Source: Octopus sinensis
Lineage: Eukaryota
Assembly (NCBI RefSeq): GCF_006345805.1
Contig: NC_043000.1
Span: forward strand, 134,912,001 to 134,976,000
DNA: 64,000 nt
Reading direction: 5' to 3'
Each line of letters starts with the position of its first letter. The stretch's first letter is position 1. A program made the position numbers and the translations under genes. The notes below the pieces were generated by a model that searched no databases, was not told where the DNA came from, and saw nothing but the letters and a program-made list of their open reading frames with translations. This document shows positions 1 through 11,470 of this stretch, piece after piece.

Positions 1-440
1 TATAAATATATATATATATAACTAATGTAGGATAAAAAATTTTTTTCGGGAAAAATTTTTTATCAATGGCCAGTATATCAAAAAATACCTTTAAAGGTCA
101 AATTTATAAGTAATTTACAAAATAAGGGCAAAAGAAAAATTCTATTGCCAAATATGCCGAAAAAAAGACAAAATTGTCAATAACCATTATAATTTCTGCG
201 TCTCGAAACAAACCGATATAAATTTCTAAAAAATCCGCTATTACCGTATTGGTCCCAATTTCGGGGTTAATTCATAAGAATTTTCCCCTCTTCTGCGATA
301 AATACGTGAAATATAAGTGTAATACTTACTCAAACACATGGAAAAAGCAAGCACTAAGTCCTGGGCAGACCTAAGTACCCCAAATATATCCAAAATAGAA
401 AATCTTCGGCACATCTCGTGACACGTGTGATTCGAACTAG

Positions 441-480
<40 letters not shown>

Positions 481-586
481 TTGTCCGTCTGTCTGTCTCT
501 CTATCTATGGGATGGACTCTCTCATCGAAGATGACGTATGAGAATTCAGCGTGATGACAAACATAAACAAAAAACATCTAACATAA

Positions 587-799
587 TCCTTTCTACTATA
601 GGCACAAGGCCTGACATTTTTGGGGAGGGGACCAGTCGATTACATTGACTCCAGTACGTAACTGGTACTTAATTTATCGACCCCGAAAGGATGAAAGGCA
701 AAGTCGACCTCGGCGGAATTTGAACTCAGAACGCAGCGGCGGACGAAATATCACAAAGCATTTCGCCCGGCGTGCTAACGTTTCTGCTAGCTCGCCGCC
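587..799 (-). mobile_element. tRNA-derived SINE, family B (tail type GCCTTGTGCCTATAGTAGAAAG)
   Basis: The reverse complement begins GGCGGCGAGCTAGCAGAAACGTTAGC, has a B-box-like GAGTTCAAATTCC and the central GTCGACTTTGCCTTTCATCCTTTCGGGGTCGATAAATTAAGTACCAG. It recurs more than 10 times in the window. Confidence 0.9.
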
Positions 800-954
800 A
801 CACAGTTTCTGGCAACCAAATTCACTAACAAGGTATTGGTCAACTCAGGGCTAGAAGTAGGAAATGTTTGCCCAAGGTGTTGTGCTGTGGGACTGAACCC
901 GAATCCATGTGGTTGTGAAGGGAACTTTTGAATAACACAGCCATATCTGCGCCT
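800..954 (-). mobile_element. SINE family A, 5' (tRNA head/CORE-like) fragment
   Basis: Degenerate match to the head half of the full copies at 2503-2902 and 16292-16698. Confidence 0.75.
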
Positions 955-1532
955 TTCACAATAAAACAAACAAGAAATGATGGAGGTATACTGAGGGTAG
1001 GGAAAACGAGGAGGTTACAATATTCGTTTATATTAACTACATGAATCTTACTCAAACGAATCATCTCCACACCCTATAAAGCTTACAGTCACTTCTTTGC
1101 TTATAATTATAGACATTCCAAATGGAATCATAAAATAAGTGAAAAGAAACTAATTATTTCTACAGACTGCAAGTTACAATTTCTTTAGTTGTTTACTTAA
1201 TGTCATATCAAAAATATATCTCGTCTGAATAAGCACAAGTGAAAGCTTTACAACAAAGTGATCGGATCCGAGCAGGCTTTACCTGTCAAATTACAAAATG
1301 GTTTAACTGTGACATTAACATGGCTCCATTGTATCATTTATATTTGGAAGTAAATTGAGCAGAACATGAAATCGCTTCTCTCCGAATGTTTTCCCTTCGT
1401 GTCGCTCAATGGTGTTGACAACTAAAAGATAGGCTTCACTAGTTGTTCACTGTCTGACAACTAGCAACGCCTTGATGCATATTCTTGTATCTTCTTACAC
1501 ACAGTAGTAACATTTAAACAAGTTTACTGCTG

Positions 1533-1720
1533 GAGGCGAGTGCGTTAGTTAGTGGTTAGGGTGTTGTGTTCTTGGGCAAAACAATTTATTTCAAGGTAAT
1601 CCAATCAGCTCAGCTCTGCGACAGAATGGCAACCCGTTCATGGGGATGTGATCTCGATCCCTCATATGCCATGGAAACTGGGCAACTAGCCTCTACGAGT
1701 CTTAGGACTCGAGATAGTTA
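1533..1720 (+). mobile_element. Decayed SINE family C (tRNA head, V-domain-like core)
   Basis: GTGTTGTGTTCTTGGGCAAAACAATTTATTTCA matches 50850-50890, and the 3' part ...GACTCGAGATAG matches 45340-45397. Confidence 0.6.
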
Positions 1721-2502
1721 TGTCCAGGGCTTGATGATGACTGTCAGAGAGTTTGAAACTCGACGCAGATTGAATGTGTGGTTAAGAAGTTTGTTTCACA
1801 AACTCGTGAACTCAGGTTCGATTCAATTGCACGCTAACTTCTATCATAGTCTTCTTTATCTTTTCTTTTGTGAATGAATTTGGTAGGTTCAGATTGTTCG
1901 TGCTCACGAATTCATCTACTCTATAGAAGGCAGATCATTATTCTGGTTTATTTTGACTAATTGAGAGAAATGCAAAGTTTATGAGCTCATACATTTCTCA
2001 TAGAACTTTTCGTATTATTTATGAAATGAAATAGCTTCAATCAAAAAGTAAACCCATAATAATATACTAAGATAATCTGTAGATAAACTCATAAATATCT
2101 TAGCAAAAATACGAAATCAACAGCAACGCTACTTCCAATGATATCATACATTATATATGTATCATATATACTCTGTTTCAGATTCTCTTTGTCATTTCTT
2201 TTATGCTTTTTATCCTCAAGTTTCAGCATTGGCCATCTTGCCATTTTGTATATTCTACATTATCTAATATAACTTTTCATTTTAAGATTATTGTGCACAA
2301 ATTGAAGGGAGTTTGGTTGCTATTTTTTGTAGGGTGAATGACATTATAAATCAGTGGTTCCCAACTGGGGTCAAAATGGCTCCTAAGGGTCCATATAAGA
2401 GATTTTTGTTGAAATTTATGTGCAATAAATTGCTTCAATACACCAGGTGTCTTAAGAGTTTTTTTTAATGCAATTCCTAATATTTAATTGTAAAAATATA
2501 AT

Positions 2503-2902
2503 ACTCTTTTACTCTTTTACTTGTTTCAGTCATTTGACTGCGGCCATGCTGGAGCACCGCCTTTAGTCGCACAAATCGTTCCCAGGACGTATTCTTTGTC
2601 AGCCTAGTACTTATTCTATCGGTCTCTTTTGCCGAAACGCTAACTTACAGGGACGTAAACACACTAACATCGGTTGTCAAGCGGGGTGGGAGACAAAGAC
2701 AGACACACAAGCACACGTACACACACACATATATATATATCGACGGCTTCTTTCAGTTTCCGTCTGCCAAATCCACTCACAAGCCTTTGGTCGGCCCGTG
2801 GCTATAGTAGAAGACACATGCCCGAGGTTCCACACAGTGGAACTAAACTCTGAATCATGTGGTTGGTAAGCAAGCTTCTTACCACACAGCCACTCCTGCG
2901 CC
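2503..2902 (-). mobile_element. SINE family A, full-length copy
   Basis: The reverse complement runs GGCGCAGGAGTGGCTGTGTGGTAAG (tRNA-like head), a CORE-like segment, an internal (TA/TG)n and the tail ...GACTGAAACAAGTAAAAGAGTAAAAGAGT. Confidence 0.92.
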
Positions 2903-2908
2903 TATAAT

Positions 2909-3295
2909 ACTCTCTTTTACTCTCTTTTACTTGTTTCAGTCATTTGACTGCGGCCATGCTGGAGCACCAACTTTAATCGAGCAACTCGACCCCGGGACTT
3001 ATTCTTTGTAAGCCCAGTACTTATTCTATCGGTCTCTTTTGCCGAACCGCTAAGTGACGGGGACATAAACACACCAGCATCGGTTGTCAAGCGATGCTGG
3101 GGAACAAACACAGACATACAAACACACACGCACACACACACATATATATATACACATATATATACATATATACGACTGGCTTCTTTCAGTTTCCGTCTAC
3201 CAAATCCCCTCACAAGGCCTTGGTCGGCCCGAGGTTATAGTAGAAGGTGCCACGCAGTGGGACTGAACCCGGAACCGTGTGGCCACTCCTGCACC
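2909..3295 (-). mobile_element. SINE family A, second tandem copy
   Basis: Same structure as 2503-2902 with a small deletion in the head. The two copies are separated by TATAAT. Confidence 0.92.
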
Positions 3296-3394
3296 TATAA
3301 TGGGAATTTTTTTAAAACATCGAATGGCTATGAGGGCCCACCCGAGTAAAATTATACTCGAAGGGATCTACAGGCAAAAAATAGTTGAAACAGA

Positions 3395-3580
3395 AAGATG
3401 AGTAGAGAATTTGCATCAAATTTTTGCCAAAAGTTTAGCGATACTTGATCAGAAGCCTACGCAAAGTTTTCAAAAAGTTTTCAGTGTTCTCGACATAATC
3501 AAGGAAATTTTGTGCAACTGAAACCAGAGTGTCTTTTTGGTCAGCTGAAAGCGATTTTGGCACAAACTTGGCAGATAAGT
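3395..3580 (+). mobile_element. Mariner-like transposase N-terminal remnant
   Basis: With one frameshift it reads RICIKFCQKFSDT*SEAYAK, resembling the mariner HTH start (QRxCIKFC...). Confidence 0.45.
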
Positions 3581-3584
3581 CCAC

Positions 3585-3718
3585 AAAGGGTTTAACTTTA
3601 TGGCGTATCGTCAGATCCCAATAACTTGTTGGCCCATGACCTCTTGAAGGTATTTTTAAGCGGTCATGGGTTAACAGGTTTTTAAGATCTGACGATACGC
3701 CATAAAGTTACACCCTTT
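3585..3718. repeat. Inverted repeat / hairpin (~33-bp outer arms plus inner arm)
   Basis: AAAGGGTTTAACTTTATGGCGTATCGTCAGATC pairs with GATCTGACGATACGCCATAAAGTTACACCCTTT. The inner arm is CCCATGACC/GGTCATGGG. Confidence 0.9.
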
Positions 3719-3831
3719 ATGGATGGGAAACCTAAGGTAATCCCATAAATCGGCCTTCCCCATTTTTAGTATATGCTGCTCCATATCTTAGAGTGCGCTT
3801 CTTCTTTCGGATTTATGTTTTCTAAAAGACG

Positions 3832-3892
3832 ATACATACATACATACATACATACATACATACATACATACATACATACATACATACATACA

Positions 3893-3955
<63 letters not shown>

Positions 3956-3957
3956 AC
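3832..3957. repeat. Compound microsatellite (ATAC)n(GCAC)n(CA)n
   Basis: Direct reading. Confidence 0.97.
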
Positions 3958-4523
3958 ATGAGAGCAGTCTATGCTCGTGTCGGTAGGCAATGACAGGCAT
4001 TCCTACGATTTCAAAATGGGAAGAATCACGATGACATCAAGTGATGGGTCAAAGCTGATGACATCACAATGGAGACGGTAGCAACGATAATGAGGACGAT
4101 GAGGTTGGTGATGATACTGCCAAGGGGCCACTGATAATATCATTGCTGGTGGTAATGGTGATGGTGGTGATGAGAGCGCTGATGAGAGCCGCGCGACTGT
4201 TGCCTTTGATAATTATAACGAAGATGTTGAGTCAAGAATTAAAAGAAGAACAAAGGATAAAAAAAAGACCTGGGAAGAGAGAAAAAAACTGTGATACATA
4301 CATAATTAAATTGAGATATCTTTTTATCAAGCTCATACACATTCACTGTAGCTTCGTAGCACAACATCCCTGTACGAAATGTATTAAATATCGCATACAT
4401 TGTCATAAACAGACAGCTGGAAGTAAAAAAACATGCAACCCATGTATATGAATAGATGACAAACTCAGAGACATGCATACTTACACGCCTCACACACACA
4501 CAGACACACAGACACACACAGAC

Positions 4524-4582
<59 letters not shown>

Positions 4583-4612
4583 CACACACACACACATCTA
4601 AATATATATGTA

Positions 4613-4650
<38 letters not shown>

Positions 4651-4651
<1 letters not shown>

Positions 4652-5496
4652 GCCATGTTGGATCGTTAGCCACTACACGCAATTTTTTTCTCTCCTTGTT
4701 TCTCTCCTTGTTTGTCTCCTTGTTTCTTTTCTGTGTATCTTTCTGTCGAAGAGCGTAGGCTCGAAACGTAAAAGACTTGTTTTATTTCTATTCATGAGCG
4801 CCATACTAATACATTGTTTGTTTGTACTCCACCTGCCTTCGTCTTTTGTTCATTTTCGTAAGCCTCCCGTTATCAACTAATACATACTAATACATACTAA
4901 TACATACACCAACCCTATACATACACACGTCCAGACCCCTCACACGCACTTATACTCTCTCATACACACACACACACATATACATACTAATACGTACTAA
5001 TACATACTAATACATACTAATACATACACCAACCCCATACATACGCACGTCCAGACCAATCCTACGCACTAATACTCTCTCATACACACACCACACACAC
5101 ACATACCCTTATACATACTAATACATACACCAACCCTATACATACACACGTCCAGACCCCTCCTACGCACTATTAGCTGGTCCTTCAACCCTATTATCAA
5201 CCCTATTATCAACCCTATTATCTCCCCTTATTTCGCTCTCGCGTCTCATGTTTGATCTTTGACCTCTGGCCGAAATCAGATCGCCATGTTGATTCGTTAG
5301 CTACTGCACGCATTTTTTTTTCTCTCCTTCTTTCTGTGTTTTTTTTCTCTCTGTGTATCTTTCTGTTGAAGAGCGTAGGCTCGTAACGTTAAAGACTTGT
5401 TTTATTTATATTTCCTGAGCGCCATACTAATACAATTGTTCGTTTGTTTTCCACCTGCCTTCGTCTTTTGTCTATTTTCATAAAGCTTCCCGTTAT
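4651..5496 (+). mobile_element. Direct-repeat-flanked non-autonomous element (PLE pLTR-spacer-pLTR-like)
   Basis: Two ~220-bp direct repeats (4651-4873, 5282-5496), each with a hammerhead-like fold, flank a ~410-bp internally repetitive spacer. Confidence 0.65.
4738..4775 (+). ncRNA. Minimal type-I hammerhead-like motif with variant core (CUGUCGA)
   Basis: Reads TCTTT-CTGTCGA-A-GAGC(GTAG)GCTC-GAAA-CGT-A-AAAGA. Stems I and II pair, stem III is the palindromic ACGT, and core position 6 is U instead of A. Confidence 0.6.
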
Positions 5497-5499
5497 ATA

Positions 5500-5669
5500 C
5501 ATATATATATATACATACCTATGTGTATATATATATGTATATAAATATATATATATACATACACATATATATCTATATATATATATATATATATATACAT
5601 ACACATATATACCTATGTGCATATATATATATATACATATGTGTGTATATGTATTTATGTATGTATGTC

Positions 5670-5701
<32 letters not shown>

Positions 5702-5743
5702 TGTATGTATGTATGTATGTATGTATGTATGTATGTATGTATG

Positions 5744-5777
<34 letters not shown>

Positions 5778-5780
5778 CAT
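5500..5780. repeat. (TA)n/(TATG)n/(TATC)n microsatellite
   Basis: Direct reading. Confidence 0.97.
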
Positions 5781-6362
5781 ATATTAGTGTTTTACATTAA
5801 GCTGAAGGATTACGCAATACTTTTTGCTGAGTACATATCTATTATTCCTTAACAAAAATAATATATATATATATATATATGATTAATATTTAGCAGAAGC
5901 AAGAGAGTGACTCAAGGACCGAGATTTTCGTATGTTGGCACTTATATATGTATGTACATATATTATATATATACACACATACTTGTGTATACATATACAT
6001 ATATAGACATATATGTATGTATGTAGTATGTATGTATGTATGTATGTATGTATGTATGTATGTATGAATGTATGTATGTGTTTATCTATTTATCTGTCTA
6101 GATAAAATTAGGGAATATATGTATGCATTATATATATATTTTTAATATTTCTTTAAATACATTTGCATATACATATTTACACACATGCCTTCAAACACAC
6201 ACATACGTGCGCATTTACAACTTTTATTTTAATAAAAAGCACACGTTTGAGTGTCTCCGTGTAGAGCGCGTACGTGCATGTGCGTGTATGGGTATGTGCT
6301 TGTATCACCAAAATAATAATTACTGTCTTACTTAAATTTAAATATATGCTTAATTACCTATT

Positions 6363-6490
6363 TCTTTACTATACACAGGGGGCTAAACACAGAGAAGACA
6401 AACAAGGACAGACAAATGGATTAAGTGGATTACAGCGATCCCAGTGCGTAACTGGTACTTAATTTATCGACCCCGAAAGGATGAAAGGCA
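6363..6490 (-). mobile_element. SINE family B, 3' fragment
   Basis: Carries the central GCCTTTCATCCTTTCGGGGTCGATAAATTAAGTACCAG and a decayed tail (...TTAGCCCCCTGTGTATAGTAAAG). Truncated by (CA)n. Confidence 0.85.
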
Positions 6491-6565
<75 letters not shown>

Positions 6566-6671
6566 GCCGAGGTAAATGCATGTACGTATGCATATATGTA
6601 TATGGAAATATGCCTGACTATATACATATAAATATTGATATACATATATCTATATGTTTGTACATGATATT

Positions 6672-6732
6672 GTTCAGTGGTAGAATGCTCGCCTGCCACG
6701 CGGGCGGCCCGGGTTCGTTTCCCGGCCGATGC
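6672..6732 (+). pseudogene. tRNA-Gly(GCC) pseudogene lacking the 5' acceptor strand; head of a short SINE-like unit (to ~6805)
   Basis: GTTCAGTGGTAGAATGCTCGCCTGCCACGCGGGCGGCCCGGGTTCGTTTCCCGGCCGATGC gives the D arm, anticodon arm with GCC, T arm and 3' acceptor strand. The upstream 9 nt cannot pair with CCGATGC. Confidence 0.9.
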
Positions 6733-6810
6733 TCAGGAAACAGCGGTGGTGCCCCAGCATGGCCGCGGCCTTCGGGCAAAAACATTTTTAAGGATTTAAG
6801 GATTTATATA

Positions 6811-7101
6811 TATGTATATGGTAAGAAACTTGCTTCCCAATCACATGGTTCTGGGTTCAGTCCCACTGCGTGGCACCTTGGACAAGTGTTTTCTACTACA
6901 ACCCCGGGCTATAGTAGAAGACCATCATTTGACAATCTATGTTGGTGTGATTACGTCTCTGTAACGTAGCCATTCAGCAAAAGGGACCGATAGAGTAAGT
7001 ACTAGGCGGACAAAGAATAAGTCCTGGGTTCGATTTGTTCGACTAAAGGCTGTGCTCCAGCATAACCGTAGTCAACTGACTGAAACAAATAAAAGAATAA
7101 A
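6811..7101 (+). mobile_element. SINE family A, internally deleted copy
   Basis: Head ...GGGTTCAGTCCCACTGCGTGGCACCTTGGACAAGTG, tail ...GACTGAAACAAATAAAAGAATAAA. Confidence 0.85.
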
Positions 7102-7235
7102 ACAAATATAAATAAAAGTCACATTGCGTGGCAACTTGGGGAGTTGCCTTCTACTATAGCCTTGACTAAAGGCGGTGCTCCAGCATGGCTGTGGTCAAAT
7201 GACGGAGAGCAGTAAAAGAATTCCCTTCCGGTCTT

Positions 7236-7445
7236 TCAAAATGTGACCTCGTGTGTACCGTTGGCAATTTTTTTCCTCTGTCTTCCTTTCTCTGGATCTT
7301 TCCTTCTCCTATGTTTCCGACGAAGACCTCCGCTCGAAACGTTAAACCCTCCTTCTTTCCTTCTTTCCTGAGCGTCCAATAATACTATATTTGTTCCACG
7401 TCCTCGCGTTGTTGTGTTTTTTTGTGCTTTCTTGTTTGGATTAAC
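7236..7445 (+). mobile_element. PLE pLTR-like solo repeat with hammerhead-like motif (7313-7347)
   Basis: Reads GTTT-CCGACGA-A-GACC(TCC)GCTC-GAAA-CGT-T-AAAC. Homologous to 24965-25170 and related to the 4651 repeats (CCTGAGCG.C.ATA). Confidence 0.6.
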
Positions 7446-7989
7446 TTTATATATATATGTACATGTATATATGTATATGTATGTATACATATATATGTGT
7501 GTGTGTTTTTATGTGTACACACACAAACGCATATGCATATACCGAATGCATGCACAATCACCAAAACACTGCCTTATGCATCACATGCGTAACTTATGCT
7601 ATTGAACATGGCCTTCTCTATTCTAAATAAAAACAACAACAAAAAATACAAGAAAAAAAGTCAACAACTGAAAGAAAGAAAAACTGATATAAATAAAAAC
7701 AGCAATAAAATCAAAAATTTCTAAAACCCAACAGCTCGGTTGTAACCATATGAAAACCATCATCTAAGAGTCCCTGGCAGCCATTAGAAGATTATCAGTG
7801 GCGAATCAAAACCAGCAGGACATTAATTAGAGTAGTTCTCTATTCTCGCTGTCATACGTTGTGATACTGAAAGGAAAATTTAAAAAACAACAACAAAAAA
7901 AAAAAAACAAAAAACAACAAAAACAAAACAAAAACAACAAAAACAAAACAAAAACAGTAATGGAAAAAAGGAAAACAACGATGAAAGAA

Positions 7990-8066
7990 GTAAAATTTAT
8001 ATGTATATATATATATGTATATATATATATATTAATATATATTAATGTATATGTATATATATATTA

Positions 8067-8108
<42 letters not shown>

Positions 8109-8109
8109 A

Positions 8110-8154
<45 letters not shown>

Positions 8155-8189
8155 TGTGTGTGTATATATATTTATGCATATATATTATA

Positions 8190-8252
<63 letters not shown>

Positions 8253-8355
8253 GTATATAAAATTATATAATATACACTTACACCCCACGCATGCATAATA
8301 TATTGCACACCTATTCGTACATACTATATATATATAATATATATATATATATATA

Positions 8356-8410
<55 letters not shown>

Positions 8411-8421
8411 ATATATATCTG

Positions 8422-8489
<68 letters not shown>

Positions 8490-8650
8490 CATATATATAC
8501 CTATATGTATATACATACATATATACCTAGAAACATACATGCATATATATATATATATATATACATGCGCATACATGCATACATAGATACATACATAATA
8601 CATACATACACACATACATACATGTATATTTACATACATATACATATACG
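7990..8650. repeat. Long degenerate (TA)n/(TACA)n tract
   Basis: Direct reading; source of the poly-IY ORFs in the track. Confidence 0.97.
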
Positions 8651-9008
8651 TGTGTATGTGAGCAATGGTGAAGCAATTAGCAGTCTAACTTCTGAGGTAA
8701 CTACAGGAATCGGCATCCGTTCGTTTCATTTGATGTTTTTCAATAATTGGCCTCTTCACGGTTCTTCTTTTGGCCGCCATATTTCGTCGTTCAAATATGG
8801 CGTTTCTCACTTTATCTTCTTGTTTATTTATTCATTTTTTAAAATGAATTTTTGTCTTTCTTTGTTTCTTTTTGCTCCTTAATTTCTTGATGCTTTCCGT
8901 TCATCATATCCAAGATTCCTTTTTGGAGTTTATGCTTTCCCTCTCTCTCTGTCTCTGTCTTTCACCCTCTCACGCATAAACACATATAACACCTTTCAAT
9001 GTGTGTGA

Positions 9009-9050
<42 letters not shown>

Positions 9051-10019
9051 GTGCGTACGTGTTTATGTGTTTGTGAATTTATCAACTACGTTAGTGGAAG
9101 AGCGAAATACTCAGGTTTCATCTGTGTACACGGTAAAACCATTCGGAAAATAGAAAACTCCAAAATCCTGTTCCACTGATTTGTGGATATCCTTTTACTG
9201 GAAACACCAAAGAGAAAGTTGCTTCTGAAATGGTTTACGGTCACCTTGTTTCTTACTGCATATTTAACTATGGATACATAATTTGTGTTATACATATCGT
9301 ACACGTTTTTTGTCCCTATAATCCAGTGACGTACAGATGTCTCATGTAATTTAATATATTAATATATATATATATATAAAGTGAGATAGGGGTTGTGAGT
9401 GTAACCCTCTATGGGATAACATATATCCAATATACTGCCAGTAAAGCACCCAGTAAAGTTAATACATAAATGCTAAGAATTGCAATGCAATTAATTCATT
9501 TATTGTATTATATGGGCGAAGGTAAAATGTTTTACCTCAAATTCATAATACAAAATAAGAAAATGGAGGAATACACTTTAATCAATCATCAACTACCAGA
9601 TAATACCCATTCACATAATTTATTAACCAACTACATATGAACATCAAGATCAAGCACAATAATACAGAACAAGGCTGAAACAGCTGTAAGATCTAGTTTA
9701 TATTTATATTTATTTATTTATATTTATTTATACGTATTGTACTTATAGTATCATATTACTCATTGATGTGTACTGTTTTGTTCTGGAGAGCGAGAGAGAT
9801 ATTATTGTTATTATTTCTATATTTATCCTACATTATATCGGTACAGCTCGGTGCAATCCCAAAAATCAGCATCATTAGACTGTGGCCGGCATAATGGAAT
9901 AAGAGCTTTATTTGCATATTCAAATTTAAAAGATATATATATGTATGTATATATAAATAATTCACTATATATATATATATAGTTCTCTACCTGAACTAGA
10001 GAAATCCCTGGTATGGAAG

Positions 10020-10422
10020 CAAGGTCTAGAATCAAAGGGCCTTATAGTTAACCTAGCAAAAGACAAAGTCTAAGTAAGAAGGAAGGCAGAAAAATTACAA
10101 ATCTCTTCAGGTAGATGACCCTGCTCGATCTGTAGAAAAGGTGTAGGTAAAAACTTCATAAGATGCACCCAGTGTAAGCTTTGGATACATAAATGGTGCA
10201 GCAATATCAGAGGTAGGTTTATAGGGAAACCAGCTTGTGTATGTGAAGATGCGCAGGTACAAAATAAACGTTGAAAATGTGCAGAAAATAGACTCCATCA
10301 ACTGCCGGAGGCGCAAGCTAGAGGTAGTAGATAGCTTCCGTTATCTAGGTGACTAAGTTCGTAGTGGAGTTGGATGCTCTGACAGTGTAGCTGTGAGAAT
10401 AAGATTAGGATGGGCAAAGTTC
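10020..10422 (+). mobile_element. RTE-X-like LINE RT C-terminal fragment (pseudogene)
   Basis: Translates, with stops and shifts, as ESKGLIVNLAK..., a Cys-rich CTQCKLWIHKWCSNI, and LEVVDSFRYLGD*VRSGVGCSDSVAVRIRLGWAKF. Confidence 0.75.
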
Positions 10423-10610
10423 ATACATACATACATGCACGCACACACATACACACACGTATAGCTCTTGAGGTACACAGTCAAATCTAGGAAAACGCAA
10501 AGTTGCTTGTATGATAGAGCCAATCTCGTGTTGTGCATGTGTATGTATTTCTTTTGTGTTTGCTTGTGTGTATGTGTGTGTGTGTGCATATGTGTACGTG
10601 TGTCTATCTG

Positions 10611-10667
<57 letters not shown>

Positions 10668-11219
10668 ACGTGTGTGTGCGTACATGTGCGTATGTATGCG
10701 TTTCTGAGGTTCTTCTGTTGTTTCATATTTTAAGATTCTCTTTCGTCTGCCGTTTAGAAAAGTAGTTCTTAAACAACAGGGCGTAGAACTTTCATTGAGA
10801 ATATTAAAATACTAAAATATGTTTACTTTTTAGTGGATTTTTATCCGTATTACTTTACAACATAAAAACCAGGAAATTTGATGCCATTATTCTTTTTCCT
10901 TCTGTTTTGGTTCCATACTCGCGTTCTACGACTTCAAATGGATGCCGTATATTGTAAAATCCTTTGTCGAACATGTATTAGAGCGTTTATAAATAAAATA
11001 TTTCTGTATTTTTTTATCAACAACAATTTCTGTAAGATTAGGCATATGAACCCTGCATTTTATAATGACTTATATCATTAAGTATTGCATATATCTCGTG
11101 AACATAGCGCTCTGTTTTTCTTTTAACTGTGTTTAACCGTCTCAGATGGAAGAGTATATTTGTGAACGATGTTTATATGATATGCATTTACAGCCATGAT
11201 TTTGCAACCCGGATCTGTA

Positions 11220-11470
11220 AATATCTATTATATAAAATCCATTCTGTCTGTGTGTGTGTCTTCTAGGATCTCGGGCACCCCCCATTCGATTGTGCTCAAA
11301 TTTGAGATATAGATACCGACGGTATCAGGGCGTGTATGAGTCTTGAAAAAATTATAAAAATCGATTCCAGGTGAGAATGCGATTGATAAAGCCGTTTTTG
11401 TTCTGCTTTTCTTCCGTCAACCTGTACATAACTGTACCTTCCCTTTTTTTGTTGTTTTTGTACTGCTTAA
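11220..11470 (+). mobile_element. Helitron/HINE-like non-autonomous element, 5' part
   Basis: Starts TCTATTATATAAAATCC...TCTGTCTGTGTG, the same style as 58219 and 60228. Confidence 0.45.

Larger units (their letters stand above)
2352..3392 (+). mobile_element. hAT-type MITE remnant interrupted by two SINE-A copies
   Basis: Starts with CAGTGGTTCCCAAC, a typical hAT terminus. The sequence resumes after the SINEs at ~3302 and ends in a decayed ...AAAAATAGTTGAAACAG. Confidence 0.45.

Noticed and set aside
20-445. Probable interspersed repeat at the window start
   Set aside because: It looks repeat-like, but there is no second copy, termini or protein motif in the window to support a call.
6663-6733. 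Functional tRNA-Gly gene
   Set aside because: The 5' acceptor strand is absent and cannot pair, and no oligo-T terminator follows directly.
7861-8882. Long ORFs of IY/YI, CV or HT repeats here and throughout the track
   Set aside because: They are stop-free translations of (TA)n, (TG)n and (TATG)n microsatellites, not genes.
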